Shown: piece by piece, positions 48,928 to 58,880 of the stretch
How positions within the stretch are numbered: the stretch's first letter is position 1
Layout: every line of letters begins with the position of its first letter
Assembly (NCBI GenBank): GCA_038888155.1
Contig: JAWAJB010000001.1
Location: 128,001-192,000 of the forward strand
Length of the DNA: 64,000 nucleotides
Source: Desulfurococcaceae archaeon
GTDB lineage: Archaea > Thermoproteota > Thermoprotei_A > Sulfolobales > Desulfurococcaceae
Direction: 5' to 3'
Translations under genes and position numbers: made by a program
Notes under the pieces: generated by a model
What the model saw: only the letters and a program-made list of their open reading frames with translations
Databases searched by the model: none
Told to the model about the DNA's origin: nothing

Positions 48928-50370
48928 CTATACTTCCCTTAACCTAGGGTTGAATACGCGGTCTAGGGTAAAACCTATGGAGGCAAACGCTATTGCCATC
49001 AAGAACAGCATTAATGCTGGCGCAAGTATCCAGTGATAGTATCCCTGAGGCAAAGCGGCGTACTTGTACGCCTCATCTAATACCTTCCCCCAAGTTATTA
49101 CCCTGGGATCAGAGATTCCCAGTATTGCGAGAGCGGCTTCAAGGAAGACGAAGTTAGGAATTGCCGTAACGATATTGGGTATAAGTACTGGAAGTACCCG
49201 TGGAACCATGTACCTGAAAATAATTCTAAAGTTACCTGCTCCATATGCCCTAGCTGCTTCTATGTAGGGCATTTCCTTGATTTGCAGAAACATTGCCCTC
49301 ATGCTCTTAAGTCCACCGCTCCACGCATTGAATAATACTATAATCCACAAAAGTGTCCACAATGTAAAGCCATAGAACAGCCATAGCATTATAATAGTTG
49401 GTAGGAAAGGCAAGATCATAAACGTTTCATTAACTCTCTGGATAACAGTGTCAATTATTCCGCCGAACCACGCACTAATGGCAGCTATTATCATTTCAAG
49501 TAACACTGTTAAAAGAGATGCTGTTAACCCAAAGGAAATTGCTATGGGCGCCCCCCATGCAATAGCCATGAATAAATCTCTTCCGAGTCTATCTGTTCCT
49601 GCAAGTCCATAGCTTGTCCCGTAAATTATGAGTCTCACTTCAAGAGTCGAGTTTATATCGCCACTCCAAGTCTCAAGTCTAAGTTCGTACGTGCCTTTTA
49701 ACAACCTATATTTTCCGCTTTTAGCCAAATAATCCTCGTCAGCGAATAGCACTTTGAGCGGGTCGAGAGCGGCGGGGTTTAACTTAACTCCGTAAATTTT
49801 CTCTACCTGATCTACATAGCTTAGTAAATATGTTGGTATCTCCCCTGGTTTTACTTCTATGCTCGCGAACTTCACCCCTCCTCTATAGTAGCCTGTATCT
49901 ATTGGCACGGAAATGCCGCTAGGCTTTCTCCAAGTGATGTTCACGTATACTGTATCATTTGTGCTTATGAATAGCTTATAGGCTACCTTTGATGGAAAAT
50001 CATCGTAATTGTACTCCACGGTCCCCCTCATTAAGCCAATAACAGCGAAAGGAGTTCCAAATCGTTCGATTACTTGCCTATGCTTTGAGAAGCCCTGGCT
50101 TATACTGCTATCCAAGACCAGTGAGCCTTCAAGTTCTCTTGTACCTGTAAACATAGTAATCCAGCTAGGTTTCGCGTAAGATGGGTACTCAAGCCAGGAC
50201 TCAGGGCTGTTCCACTTGTATATCGCTTCGTCATAGGGCCAAGTCACCATTGCATATATTGATAAAGCCGCGAAGAAAGCTATTAGAATTACTCCCACAA
50301 AGAAGGATTTATAGTGTAGTAGTCGCCTCAGCGTAGCGATCTCTCTGCGGAAAGCCATATTACTCGCCAC
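48928..50370 (-). CDS. Oligopeptide ABC transporter permease (OppC/DppC-like) with large extracellular insert
   Basis: GTDRLGRD, YIEAARAYGA (EAA loop), WG..L, LDRVFNPRLR. Confidence 0.92.
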   Translation of the reverse strand: MASNMAFRREIATLRRLLHYKSFFVGVILIAFFAALSIYAMVTWPYDEAIYKWNSPESWLEYPSYAKPSWITMFTGTRELEGSLVLDSSISQGFSKHRQVIERFGTPFAVIGLMRGTVEYNYDDFPSKVAYKLFISTNDTVYVNITWRKPSGISVPIDTGYYRGGVKFASIEVKPGEIPTYLLSYVDQVEKIYGVKLNPAALDPLKVLFADEDYLAKSGKYRLLKGTYELRLETWSGDINSTLEVRLIIYGTSYGLAGTDRLGRDLFMAIAWGAPIAISFGLTASLLTVLLEMIIAAISAWFGGIIDTVIQRVNETFMILPFLPTIIMLWLFYGFTLWTLLWIIVLFNAWSGGLKSMRAMFLQIKEMPYIEAARAYGAGNFRIIFRYMVPRVLPVLIPNIVTAIPNFVFLEAALAILGISDPRVITWGKVLDEAYKYAALPQGYYHWILAPALMLFLMAIAFASIGFTLDRVFNPRLREV

Positions 50371-51478
50371 CCACCCTCACGCGCGGATCAACTATTCCGT
50401 ATACTAAGTCAAGAGCAATTACGCTTACTGCTAGTAGATATGCGTATATTGTTACTATTCCTATGATAACCGGTGGATCCGGGGCCTGTATTGCCTTGGC
50501 GAGGACTGAGCCAAGCCCTGGCCACTGAAATACAGACTCTGTAATTATTGCGCCCATCCAGGAGCCTATTATTGTTAGCACTAACGTAGTTATTATCGGC
50601 GGCAGCGTCGGCCTCAATATATACCTACGCTCAATTATTCTATTAGGTATGCCTCTAGCTTTAGCATACTCTACGTATTCTTCAGTTGAGAACATGAGAA
50701 AATATGTTCTGTAATAATATATACCTATTGGGGCGTATGCAATGAGCCAAGAGAGCGTTGGTAGCGCCATGTGCCAAAGCACGTCAATGGCGTAGAGCAG
50801 AGTGTCCTCAGGGGGAAGCGGACTAACCATTCCTCTACTAGGGAAAATCCTAAGCCCAAAGGAGAATATCATAATTAAGAACAAGCCATAAAACCAACCG
50901 GGTAGCGAGGAGAAAGGCGCTAGACTTACAAGGACTTTATCTAGAAGAGAGCCGTATTTCCTTGAAAGCGTTAATCCTCCAAGTATTTCTATAACAAAAA
51001 TCAACATGTTGGCTGTAGTAAATAGCAAAATGGTAGGAGGAAGGCGTTCAGCTATGATATCCCATACCCTGTGCGAGCCCTTATCGCTTGATAGCACCAT
51101 GGCTCTCCCTAGGCTCAAAGTCAAAGCATCTCTGAGATAGTAGAACAACCTGATTAAGAAGGGTTTATCGAGGCCTTTCTTGATAATTTCTAATCTAACC
51201 TGTTCTTCTACCCACTCCTGCTTGCATAATTGGATGCACGTAGAGTTTTCAGAACCACATCGTTGGGTACACATGTTTTCAACGCCTTTCCTAACGTTCT
51301 CGCTTAGGAACATCTGATTTACAGTAAAGCGTGCCTCGTATTCAACAATCTCATCTACTTTTCCACCTAGATTGGCCACCACAATAACTAAAAGCACAGC
51401 TACTACGAGGGATGCTGCAACAACCACCGTTCTTAATGCCAAGTATCTTGCAAGCCTTTTAGCCTCGCCGGTTTTCAA
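50360..51478 (-). CDS. Oligopeptide ABC transporter permease (OppB/DppB-like)
   Basis: RLP.TILL, H..LP, YV.YAKARG, E.VF.WPGLG, DPRVR. Confidence 0.92.
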   Translation of the reverse strand: MKTGEAKRLARYLALRTVVVAASLVVAVLLVIVVANLGGKVDEIVEYEARFTVNQMFLSENVRKGVENMCTQRCGSENSTCIQLCKQEWVEEQVRLEIIKKGLDKPFLIRLFYYLRDALTLSLGRAMVLSSDKGSHRVWDIIAERLPPTILLFTTANMLIFVIEILGGLTLSRKYGSLLDKVLVSLAPFSSLPGWFYGLFLIMIFSFGLRIFPSRGMVSPLPPEDTLLYAIDVLWHMALPTLSWLIAYAPIGIYYYRTYFLMFSTEEYVEYAKARGIPNRIIERRYILRPTLPPIITTLVLTIIGSWMGAIITESVFQWPGLGSVLAKAIQAPDPPVIIGIVTIYAYLLAVSVIALDLVYGIVDPRVRVGGE

Positions 51479-51594
51479 TTAAAAGACACCTATAGACTAT
51501 TTTTGTTACAAGGTAATGCCTTCGCGTCCTTTTATATCCAGGAATAAAATATAAAGAGATTTTATAAATAAAAAGTTTTTAAATGAAAAAACTT

Positions 51595-54432
51595 CTATTT
51601 GGGTTTCTTCATTAATGCTACTATTGCCACTATAACTGCGACTATTGCCACTATAGCCGATACGTATGCAATTGTTCTTAGAGATTCTACTTCATTTCTC
51701 AAAGCAGTTAGTTGAGGCACAACTGTTGTCTTTAAGGAGTTGAGCTCCCTTTCTAGAGCGTCGATCTCGCTTAGTACTTCAACCCTAATCTTTCCTAGGG
51801 CTTCAGCAATATATTCAGTTATGGGAGCTACCGTTATGTAGGTATCTTTAACTGTAGGTATTCCCACCAATTTTGATACTGCAATTAGCCTTAATTGCAT
51901 TGGCCCTGCTGGCAACGAAGCCGTTTGTTCTTCTGATAATGTCACTTTATACAATCCCCTGGCTACTGGAGAGGCTTCACCTGTTATGCTGCCGCCTGGG
52001 TATATTAGAATGTATCTTATGAAATCAACGTATTCGTTCGCGTATAGCTCGCCTGTTGGTGTTAACACCCTTATACTTATATCTGCTCTATCTCCAGGAA
52101 TTACTTTGGGTGGCACCTCGATCATTAGCGCTGGCGATGGGGGCTCTGCTAGAAAAGCGTACTTATCTGCTTTATCGATGTGATTGCGATATGCCCTGAG
52201 AACTACAGATTTCGCCACAGGATCAACTCTATATAGATAAAATGGACCGTTGCCAACGTAATAGTGTCCATAGGTGCTATACCAACTCTTTAAATTGCTG
52301 TACCTAGCGCTAACTTCTGCTTCAGACAGGTACTTTGAAAGTACTTCTTTGTAAGGTATCCACTTCTCCTGTATAGATTTCTCAAGGTACTCGGCGATTA
52401 TCGGTAACGATGGGCCTTTAGTTAAGTCTGCCCACTCCACGTCAAGCTGACTTGCCTTTGTGTCCGTGAAAGCTAGCCTTCCATCTCTCTCGGCCTTAGC
52501 GACCATTTCAACTACGTGCCAGGGACCGACGCCATACGAGTAGACAGGCCAGAAGGCGTTGGCTGCTCCCGCTGCGCTCCACTCAGCGTCCATATACCAC
52601 GTATCAGTGTAGTATTCTATCACTAGCGGATCTTCACTGATGATCTTGAATCCCCTGAACATGCCAAACCAGTTCTGGAATGTTGCCAAATACGATTCAT
52701 CGTAAAGCTTACTTCCAGGGCACGCCCTATCAAAAGTCATTATGAATGTGTAGATTATGTCAGATAGATCAAATGGGCTTCCATCGTGCCACTTATACGC
52801 ACCTTTAAATAGAGATTCATCGTAGTACACTTTCACCTTAACAAGCGAGGTGGTTGACACTTCCTCGATATCTGGCATGTATGCTTTAACGACGTCCATA
52901 TTGTTTCTCGCTTCATTAACTGTTAAAATCTTGCCCGACTTGCAGTCATATACATACCAAGCGTCTGTGGGAACTTCGTTCTTATTTACGAACTTTAGTT
53001 CAACCCAGTCAAGTGTCTTCGTTATTGGTAGCCCGCTCTCGGCGTAAACCTCAGCTTTCTTAACCCTGTGTGGCCAGTATAAGCCTGAATAAGGATCTGC
53101 TATTACTGCTGGCTCGCCCATCGCTCTAAGAATAGTTTGATCGTAAATCCAGTTTGATCCACCCACGGGGTTCCATGGATCTACGAATATATTACCCATA
53201 GAAGCTTTTAAGCTGCCTCCTACGAGTCTCTGACCCGTATCTGGGTTAATTTTACCGACAGTCCAAGCCCATAGCCATGATCCTGAGTATCCACTTGCTA
53301 AATCTGATGAAATTGTTATGTATTTCTGCCTAGGCCATACAGCCACTCTGTGAGTGATAAAGATCCTCTGGTTTTCAACGCTCATTGATAGCTCGAGGGC
53401 TTTTACCATTAGCTCCCTTCTCTCTTCTAGGGTGGCATAATTGTTGTAGTACAGCTTAGAGGCTGCGTCGAAGAACTCAGGAGTGTTTACTATTCTCTGC
53501 CAAATTAAGTCGGGCATCCCAAGCTTAGTGTAGAAGAAGCCGAAGTTTGAGGCCTCGTCTCTAGCCACTTCAGTGGTGATCCAACCAGCTGTATACAAGT
53601 GCATTGTTCCATCGTATGGATCTCTTCTCCAAAGCGGCGATAGCTTTCTTCCGTCGCCATAGTACCTAAGCACTGTGAAGCCCAGTTGTTCAAGCTGAGA
53701 GGCTAAGTAGTCTCCTATATCTCTCCTGGCATCCTCTGTTCTGATCAACACTATTAATATAACGGGTTGATCTTTATAATACCATTTCCCCTCAACTAGC
53801 TTTGCTCCTAGCTTCATCATTTCCTCGAAGATTATTGATTTTCCCTTATCGAAGTCGTACTTATACCTTTGCTCTATGTTCATAATTACATCGTAAAGCC
53901 TACCGTAGTCAGGGAAGCTAGGCGCTAGTGCAGTGTACCTCGGCGTCGCAAGGCCGCCCAATATTTGCGTTGCTATGAACTCCCTGTTAATGATGTAGTG
54001 CAGTGCCTCCCTGATCTTCCTGCTGCAGAAGGGGTTGAAGAGAATCTTACCTTGAACTGTTGGGTCGGGCAACTTGCTCGGGTTGGGGAAAACTGGCTCG
54101 ATTATCTCGCCAGTCGCTTCATCCATTTTGCATGCGTAATTGACAGTGATCTCATAATACAGACCATATGACACAGAATACGGCAGTCCGGCTTGTTGAA
54201 TTCTCTTGAATAGAGCCGGCAACCCTATAGAGTCGTGCCACCAATCTATCTCTCCGGATATCAGCCTCTCTACTCCTATTGCGGGATCACTGCTATCTAT
54301 TATTACTTCGTCTGCCCATGGTCCATTGGGCGCTTGTTGTTGGGCTATTGCAGGAGTAGTCAATTGAATTAAACCTACAAAAACTAAGAGGACTAATAAT
54401 ACACTTAACACACGTCTCAAGATGAAGTTCAC
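51595..54432 (-). CDS. Peptide ABC transporter substrate-binding protein (family 5) with coiled-coil and C-terminal TM anchor
   Basis: Signal peptide, NPF...KIREA...I.RE, WNP.GG.NW.YD, WHDG......D, GNGPFYL, C-terminal TM + KKPK; real start may be TTG at 54420. Confidence 0.9.
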   Translation of the reverse strand: MNFILRRVLSVLLVLLVFVGLIQLTTPAIAQQQAPNGPWADEVIIDSSDPAIGVERLISGEIDWWHDSIGLPALFKRIQQAGLPYSVSYGLYYEITVNYACKMDEATGEIIEPVFPNPSKLPDPTVQGKILFNPFCSRKIREALHYIINREFIATQILGGLATPRYTALAPSFPDYGRLYDVIMNIEQRYKYDFDKGKSIIFEEMMKLGAKLVEGKWYYKDQPVILIVLIRTEDARRDIGDYLASQLEQLGFTVLRYYGDGRKLSPLWRRDPYDGTMHLYTAGWITTEVARDEASNFGFFYTKLGMPDLIWQRIVNTPEFFDAASKLYYNNYATLEERRELMVKALELSMSVENQRIFITHRVAVWPRQKYITISSDLASGYSGSWLWAWTVGKINPDTGQRLVGGSLKASMGNIFVDPWNPVGGSNWIYDQTILRAMGEPAVIADPYSGLYWPHRVKKAEVYAESGLPITKTLDWVELKFVNKNEVPTDAWYVYDCKSGKILTVNEARNNMDVVKAYMPDIEEVSTTSLVKVKVYYDESLFKGAYKWHDGSPFDLSDIIYTFIMTFDRACPGSKLYDESYLATFQNWFGMFRGFKIISEDPLVIEYYTDTWYMDAEWSAAGAANAFWPVYSYGVGPWHVVEMVAKAERDGRLAFTDTKASQLDVEWADLTKGPSLPIIAEYLEKSIQEKWIPYKEVLSKYLSEAEVSARYSNLKSWYSTYGHYYVGNGPFYLYRVDPVAKSVVLRAYRNHIDKADKYAFLAEPPSPALMIEVPPKVIPGDRADISIRVLTPTGELYANEYVDFIRYILIYPGGSITGEASPVARGLYKVTLSEEQTASLPAGPMQLRLIAVSKLVGIPTVKDTYITVAPITEYIAEALGKIRVEVLSEIDALERELNSLKTTVVPQLTALRNEVESLRTIAYVSAIVAIVAVIVAIVALMKKPK

Positions 54433-54479
54433 CTGTTAGTAAAGTAAGAGGACCTCATCCTTATAAATATTATACACTA

Positions 54480-54564
54480 TGCGGGGGGTGGGATTCGAAC
54501 CCACGCAGGCCTACGCCATCGGGTTCTAAGCCCGACCCCTTTGACCTAGCTCGGGCACCCCCGC
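54480..54564 (-). tRNA. tRNA-Leu (anticodon TAG), no intron, CCA not encoded
   Basis: GCGGGGG/CCCCCGC acceptor stem, anticodon stem TCGGG/CCCGA with loop CTTAGAA, long variable arm, GGTTCGAATCC T-arm. Confidence 0.97.
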
Positions 54565-54570
54565 AACACT

Positions 54571-56007
54571 CTATTTCTCTAGATTCCCTTTAGGGTTAAA
54601 AATATAGCTACTAAGATCCGCTATTATTTGCCTAACAGCCTCCTGGGCATACCTGTATAGAAGCTCTGGTATTATGTTCTGTTCTCTATACTTCTCTAGC
54701 TCTTCGACGTCAATTACTTTAGTGTCTCCACTTGGGTAAACTACTATATCCACCAAGAGATCGTGGTATTTCACTAGGCCTGGTCCTAACTCAGGAGGAG
54801 TATTTACGTTTACGTATGATCCAATCCATTTGTCTTTCCTGTAATAGTTATGTGACAGCGCGGGCTTGGTTGTGTTAATTAGAACATAATCCAGATCTTC
54901 GGGTTTTTTCTCTATGCCTAGACCGTCGTATATCCCGGAGAACTCTATTACCCTTTTCACAACTACTGTAACATCTTTGCCTAGGGGCGCTACTTTAATT
55001 ACTTTGCCCGGCTTTAACCTAATATTCTCCCCTGTAGGCTTAATGTGAATGAGCTCTAAGTTGCCGGCCTTTAATAGATTTTTAGCAATGTGTTCAGATA
55101 CGCTTATCGTGGCGAGCTCTTCTTTATTTGGACAGCTTTTAGATAATACATGCTCAACAAGGTCAACTGTTTCGCCGAGACCAGCAGATTTCAAGCTGTG
55201 GTGCCCCCCAATAGTTGTCGCTACCCCTCTCCTAATATCATCGAGGATTTTTTTGGCTAGGCTGGTCAGGCCGAGTATACCTATGAATTCGCCCTCGCGC
55301 AGCTTCATTGGCGCTGCTACTTTATTTACCTGCGACACGATCTCTGAGTATTCCGCGAGTAAGCGATCTATTTCGCTAAATATTGCTTCAGTTGTGGCGT
55401 ACTTTGAACTACTTCTAAAGTGAACTCCTAAACCTGTTCCCAAAAGCTTAGAGGTAGCTACTGAAGACAGCCTTGCCCTAACTTCATGATCAACTATGTG
55501 TTCAGAGAAAGTTAACTTTGGATCTCCATGTATAAGCACTACATACCTACCCACAAGTCTAAAGTTCCTTGTTAAATAAAGCGTTTCGTTGGGTTTAACG
55601 GCAGGTCTCTTCACGCCTACAATTGTCACGTCGCCCGCGTCTTCCTTGCAGGGCGAGAGAGTGCCCTTAGCGTCCCCTATGTCAACTGCACAAATACTTC
55701 CCTTCCTGTCTGTGACTTTGCCTAGGTAGACAGCGTGGAGCTCTATCTGGGAGCTCCAGTTAAACACGTACGCGAGCTTCTCGAGTAAGGTACTATAAAC
55801 AGATTTAGCCTCATGGGGGAAGCCGACTACTAAGAGCTCGTCGAGTGAATCGGCGTCTTTAACTGTTACATCACATGGATGGACTTCAAACTCCAGCCCC
55901 AATCTCTCCCTTATTTTTTCACTTGCCTCGACGAGCTTGAATCCTGTATCTACCAGCAATTTTGACAGAGCTGTTGCATACATTCCCCTAACTCTCACCG
56001 ATGCCAT
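54571..56007 (-). CDS. FAU-1 RNA-binding protein / probable ribonuclease (S1 + DUF402)
   Basis: VRVRG.YATAL, LDD.R.....TI.GHH..K, G.YDGL...K, Y.N.NTP.E, Y.DL.VD. Confidence 0.88.
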   Translation of the reverse strand: MASVRVRGMYATALSKLLVDTGFKLVEASEKIRERLGLEFEVHPCDVTVKDADSLDELLVVGFPHEAKSVYSTLLEKLAYVFNWSSQIELHAVYLGKVTDRKGSICAVDIGDAKGTLSPCKEDAGDVTIVGVKRPAVKPNETLYLTRNFRLVGRYVVLIHGDPKLTFSEHIVDHEVRARLSSVATSKLLGTGLGVHFRSSSKYATTEAIFSEIDRLLAEYSEIVSQVNKVAAPMKLREGEFIGILGLTSLAKKILDDIRRGVATTIGGHHSLKSAGLGETVDLVEHVLSKSCPNKEELATISVSEHIAKNLLKAGNLELIHIKPTGENIRLKPGKVIKVAPLGKDVTVVVKRVIEFSGIYDGLGIEKKPEDLDYVLINTTKPALSHNYYRKDKWIGSYVNVNTPPELGPGLVKYHDLLVDIVVYPSGDTKVIDVEELEKYREQNIIPELLYRYAQEAVRQIIADLSSYIFNPKGNLEK

Positions 56008-56019
56008 AATGGAGCCTAC

Positions 56020-56298
56020 CTAGTCCTTAATAGTCTCAAGGAGGGCTATTACTTGCCAGATCCTTGTGCGAGCGCTCAACGGCATGTTGGGATCCTGGCT
56101 CACCTGATCAAGAGCGCCTATTGCATTTGCGGCCCTAACGCCCAAGGAGTATCTCTCATCCCTTAGGTGGTTTAAAGCCTCAGTGGCTGCCCTCCTAATG
56201 TTCCTGGGAACTGCAGTATCGTTTATAATTGTGGCAAGCATATAGATAGCGCTTTTAACTTTGGCCTCATTATCAACCGTCCTGCTCAAGAAATTCAC
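56020..56298 (-). CDS. UPF0147 family protein
   Basis: D..VPRNIRRAA, DPNMP...RT.IW. Confidence 0.9.
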   Translation of the reverse strand: MNFLSRTVDNEAKVKSAIYMLATIINDTAVPRNIRRAATEALNHLRDERYSLGVRAANAIGALDQVSQDPNMPLSARTRIWQVIALLETIKD

Positions 56299-56381
56299 CC
56301 CCTAGACACTATATAAACATAAAAATATCTTATCATTTATGAGGGTTAAGCAGACCTAATATATTTTAGAGGCTTTAAATA

Positions 56382-56735
56382 ATGGACGTCAAGGCTGATC
56401 CGGTTAAAATAATGGCTGAGCTACTGAAATCTGGAGCTACTATGCTCGCTGAAACTTGTCCTGTTGAAAGGTGCAACTTGCCTCTATTTAAACTTAAAAG
56501 TGGCGAAGTAGTTTGCCCTGTTCACGGAAAAGTGCACGTTGTTAAGACAGAAGAGGAAGTTAGAGAAGTGTACTCCAAGGAGTATATGGCTTACGTGGCG
56601 GGCAGAATAGAGCAATATGCCCTAAAAAGCGTTGAAGCGCTCTTAAATGCTCCAGACGCAGATCCCACGGATTTAATCAAGTGGTTAGAAGTGCTAGAGA
56701 GAGTGCAAAGGTTGAAAGCAACCATTAAGAAGTAG
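56382..56735 (+). CDS. UPF0148 / Sjogren autoantigen-like Zn-ribbon protein
   Basis: MAELL.SGATML.E.CP...C..PLF.LKSG...CP.HG. Confidence 0.88.
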   Translation: MDVKADPVKIMAELLKSGATMLAETCPVERCNLPLFKLKSGEVVCPVHGKVHVVKTEEEVREVYSKEYMAYVAGRIEQYALKSVEALLNAPDADPTDLIKWLEVLERVQRLKATIKK

Positions 56736-57351
56736 TTCGTCGATCTAATTCATGGTTAACTAATTTCTCGACATCTTTGTATACCTCAATAATGCCCCTT
56801 GATGCATTTACGCTTATGAGTAGCCCTTTTTCAACCATCCACAGATATTTTTCGCGGACTTTTCTCAGGAGTAAAATTTCCTCGAATTCTGGAAACCTCG
56901 AGAGCGCGCCCTTCTTCCTAGCTATAGCTTCTTCCGGGCTTACATCGAGGTAAAGCGCTATATCTGGCGTTAAGGCCCACTTATTGATCTCTAGGATCCA
57001 ATCAGCCGGGGCACCACAGGCTGACTGATACGCAACGCTGCTGTAAAGATACCTATCTGAGATGACGATAAACCCCTTGCTAAGGGCGGGCTCTACCTCT
57101 AACTTGAGGTGTATTAATCTATCTAGCGCGAACGCGAGCGAGTCAATGTAGGGATCTCTGAGGCCTCTGTACTTGCCTCTAATTGCTAAAACTACATCTG
57201 AATCTGTTGGCTCGTATGTGTACAACGCTTTGAAACCTCGCTTAGATAAACTTTCTGCTAGAGCCTTAGCAATAGTTGTCTTTCCTGATCCATCGATGCC
57301 CTCTAATACTATGAATAGCCCTTTACTGATGTTCGCAGGCGCGGAGCTCAA
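56725..57351 (-). CDS. tmk: Thymidylate (dTMP) kinase
   Basis: EGIDGSGKTT, EP, F..DR..H, SDRY..SS.AYQ, PD...YLDV. Confidence 0.95.
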   Translation of the reverse strand: MSSAPANISKGLFIVLEGIDGSGKTTIAKALAESLSKRGFKALYTYEPTDSDVVLAIRGKYRGLRDPYIDSLAFALDRLIHLKLEVEPALSKGFIVISDRYLYSSVAYQSACGAPADWILEINKWALTPDIALYLDVSPEEAIARKKGALSRFPEFEEILLLRKVREKYLWMVEKGLLISVNASRGIIEVYKDVEKLVNHELDRRTTS

Positions 57352-57724
57352 CTCCTTTTACCTCAATGCAATTATGCGGAGACAAGTTAATCAAAGCTTC
57401 AATTGACTCTGTAGAATATAGTGGAATCTCTGCTAAAACGCAGCCAGCGACTAGCATTGGCTCTAGATCTTCAACAATCATGCAAACAGGGCCCTTGGAG
57501 TTCTTCTTTAAAGCGTATATAATGTAAGGTCCAACCGTGCTTCCCCTAGTTCCCTTAAAGACAAGGACTTTGCCGGGTAGGCACACATTATTCTCTCCTA
57601 CTAGACATCCAGTTTCAGGGTTTACCTCGCCGAAGAAACTTATATAACGATTAAGTAAGACTGGCTCGCCTCTACAATAGCCTGGAACTACGGTTTTAAC
57701 TTTAATTGCTTGCTCTGCAAACAT
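57323..57724 (-). CDS. Aconitase X swivel (small) subunit; phosphomevalonate dehydratase small subunit candidate
   Basis: ISFFG.V.P.TG, GK.LVF...RGSTVG.Y; overlaps AcnX large gene. Confidence 0.88.
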   Translation of the reverse strand: MFAEQAIKVKTVVPGYCRGEPVLLNRYISFFGEVNPETGCLVGENNVCLPGKVLVFKGTRGSTVGPYIIYALKKNSKGPVCMIVEDLEPMLVAGCVLAEIPLYSTESIEALINLSPHNCIEVKGVELRACEHQ

Positions 57725-58880
57725 GACTGATAACCTCCTCGGTTTTGGCTAGCCTCACCTTCATGCCGTGAATTCTCTTCAAGTAAAAAGCAGCTTTGCC
57801 GCTATTTGTGACTACTACATCAAATTTACTCTTAAGTCTTGAGACGACGGGACAAGTGCCTGTTGCTACGTTTACCCCAAGAGCTTTCAATGCGTAGATT
57901 GCAGGTCTGAGCTTCAGTAAATACTCTGGGGGGATAGTGATGAGCAGCTCACCGCGTTTAACCCCGCTGTATTTCCGCACGAGCCTTAGAATATTTAACA
58001 ATTCCCATGGATGTAGATGAGGACAACCTATGAACCCCAACACGCTGTCCCCCCTAGAAACGGGTTCACCAGTGTAGTCTTCAAGTTCAAATTTATCTAC
58101 TTCGACCTTTTCCTCTATTTCTAATCTGTAGGTATTGTGGGGCGTAACTCCACTTAATACTGCTAGAGCGTGATTGCCGCTTGCAGCCATAGATGAAAGA
58201 AGTAGCTTAATTTCGCTTAGATCCCCTGCAAAGCCCTCTAGGTAGGGAGAGTCCTTTACGTGCTCTCCAAGCCAGAGACCAATAGCTCCAGGGGGATTAC
58301 TCAGTAAATATTTTGGTATTTTGACGTGGACTTTCGCAGCTCTGTTCTCTAGGAGGTGTAGCCCTGAGTTGTATGTGTAGCCTGTAATAGATGAAGCAAG
58401 AGCTACAGGCCCTCCCTCTCTATTGGTAAAAGCGCCGTAAATAGAGTTTGCAAATATAACAGCGCTGCTTTCCCCCCAGGCGAGGTGCTCGGCTGGAAGC
58501 GGAAACCTGTAGTAATAGGGAATACATGTGTATATTGGCTTAAAGCCCATGCCTATTAGTGCACTATCTATCTCTCTTTGTCTATCAATGAAGCTGTTAT
58601 CTATTATGTTTCCAGATAAACCTGAGTAGTCTACGCAGCCGGGGTTAATAGTAGTGAATACCCTAGACCTGCCGCCATTCCTGTAAAAATCTAGTATCAA
58701 ATCTAAACCGTATTTCCCTATATTTGTATATGAGACGCCAGACACGTGGACGTGCTTTACCTCTATGAGGTCCTTGGCTCCAACTGCTTCGCCGATCCTG
58801 ATTAGTAGCTCTATTGCCTTAGCTGTAGCCCATCCGTAATCTCCTCTGAGCATTTTCTCTTGCTCGCTATTTAGATGCAT
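57702..58880 (-). CDS. Aconitase X catalytic (large) subunit; phosphomevalonate dehydratase large subunit candidate
   Basis: HVSGVS, TINP, TCIPY, AWGESSA..FANS, NREGGP, GCPH, TCPVV, TNSGKA. Confidence 0.9.
   Translation of the reverse strand: MHLNSEQEKMLRGDYGWATAKAIELLIRIGEAVGAKDLIEVKHVHVSGVSYTNIGKYGLDLILDFYRNGGRSRVFTTINPGCVDYSGLSGNIIDNSFIDRQREIDSALIGMGFKPIYTCIPYYYRFPLPAEHLAWGESSAVIFANSIYGAFTNREGGPVALASSITGYTYNSGLHLLENRAAKVHVKIPKYLLSNPPGAIGLWLGEHVKDSPYLEGFAGDLSEIKLLLSSMAASGNHALAVLSGVTPHNTYRLEIEEKVEVDKFELEDYTGEPVSRGDSVLGFIGCPHLHPWELLNILRLVRKYSGVKRGELLITIPPEYLLKLRPAIYALKALGVNVATGTCPVVSRLKSKFDVVVTNSGKAAFYLKRIHGMKVRLAKTEEVISHVCRASN

Noticed and set aside
54480-54564. Integrated element at tRNA-Leu
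   Set aside because: No duplicated tRNA 3' end noticed and both flanks are core genes
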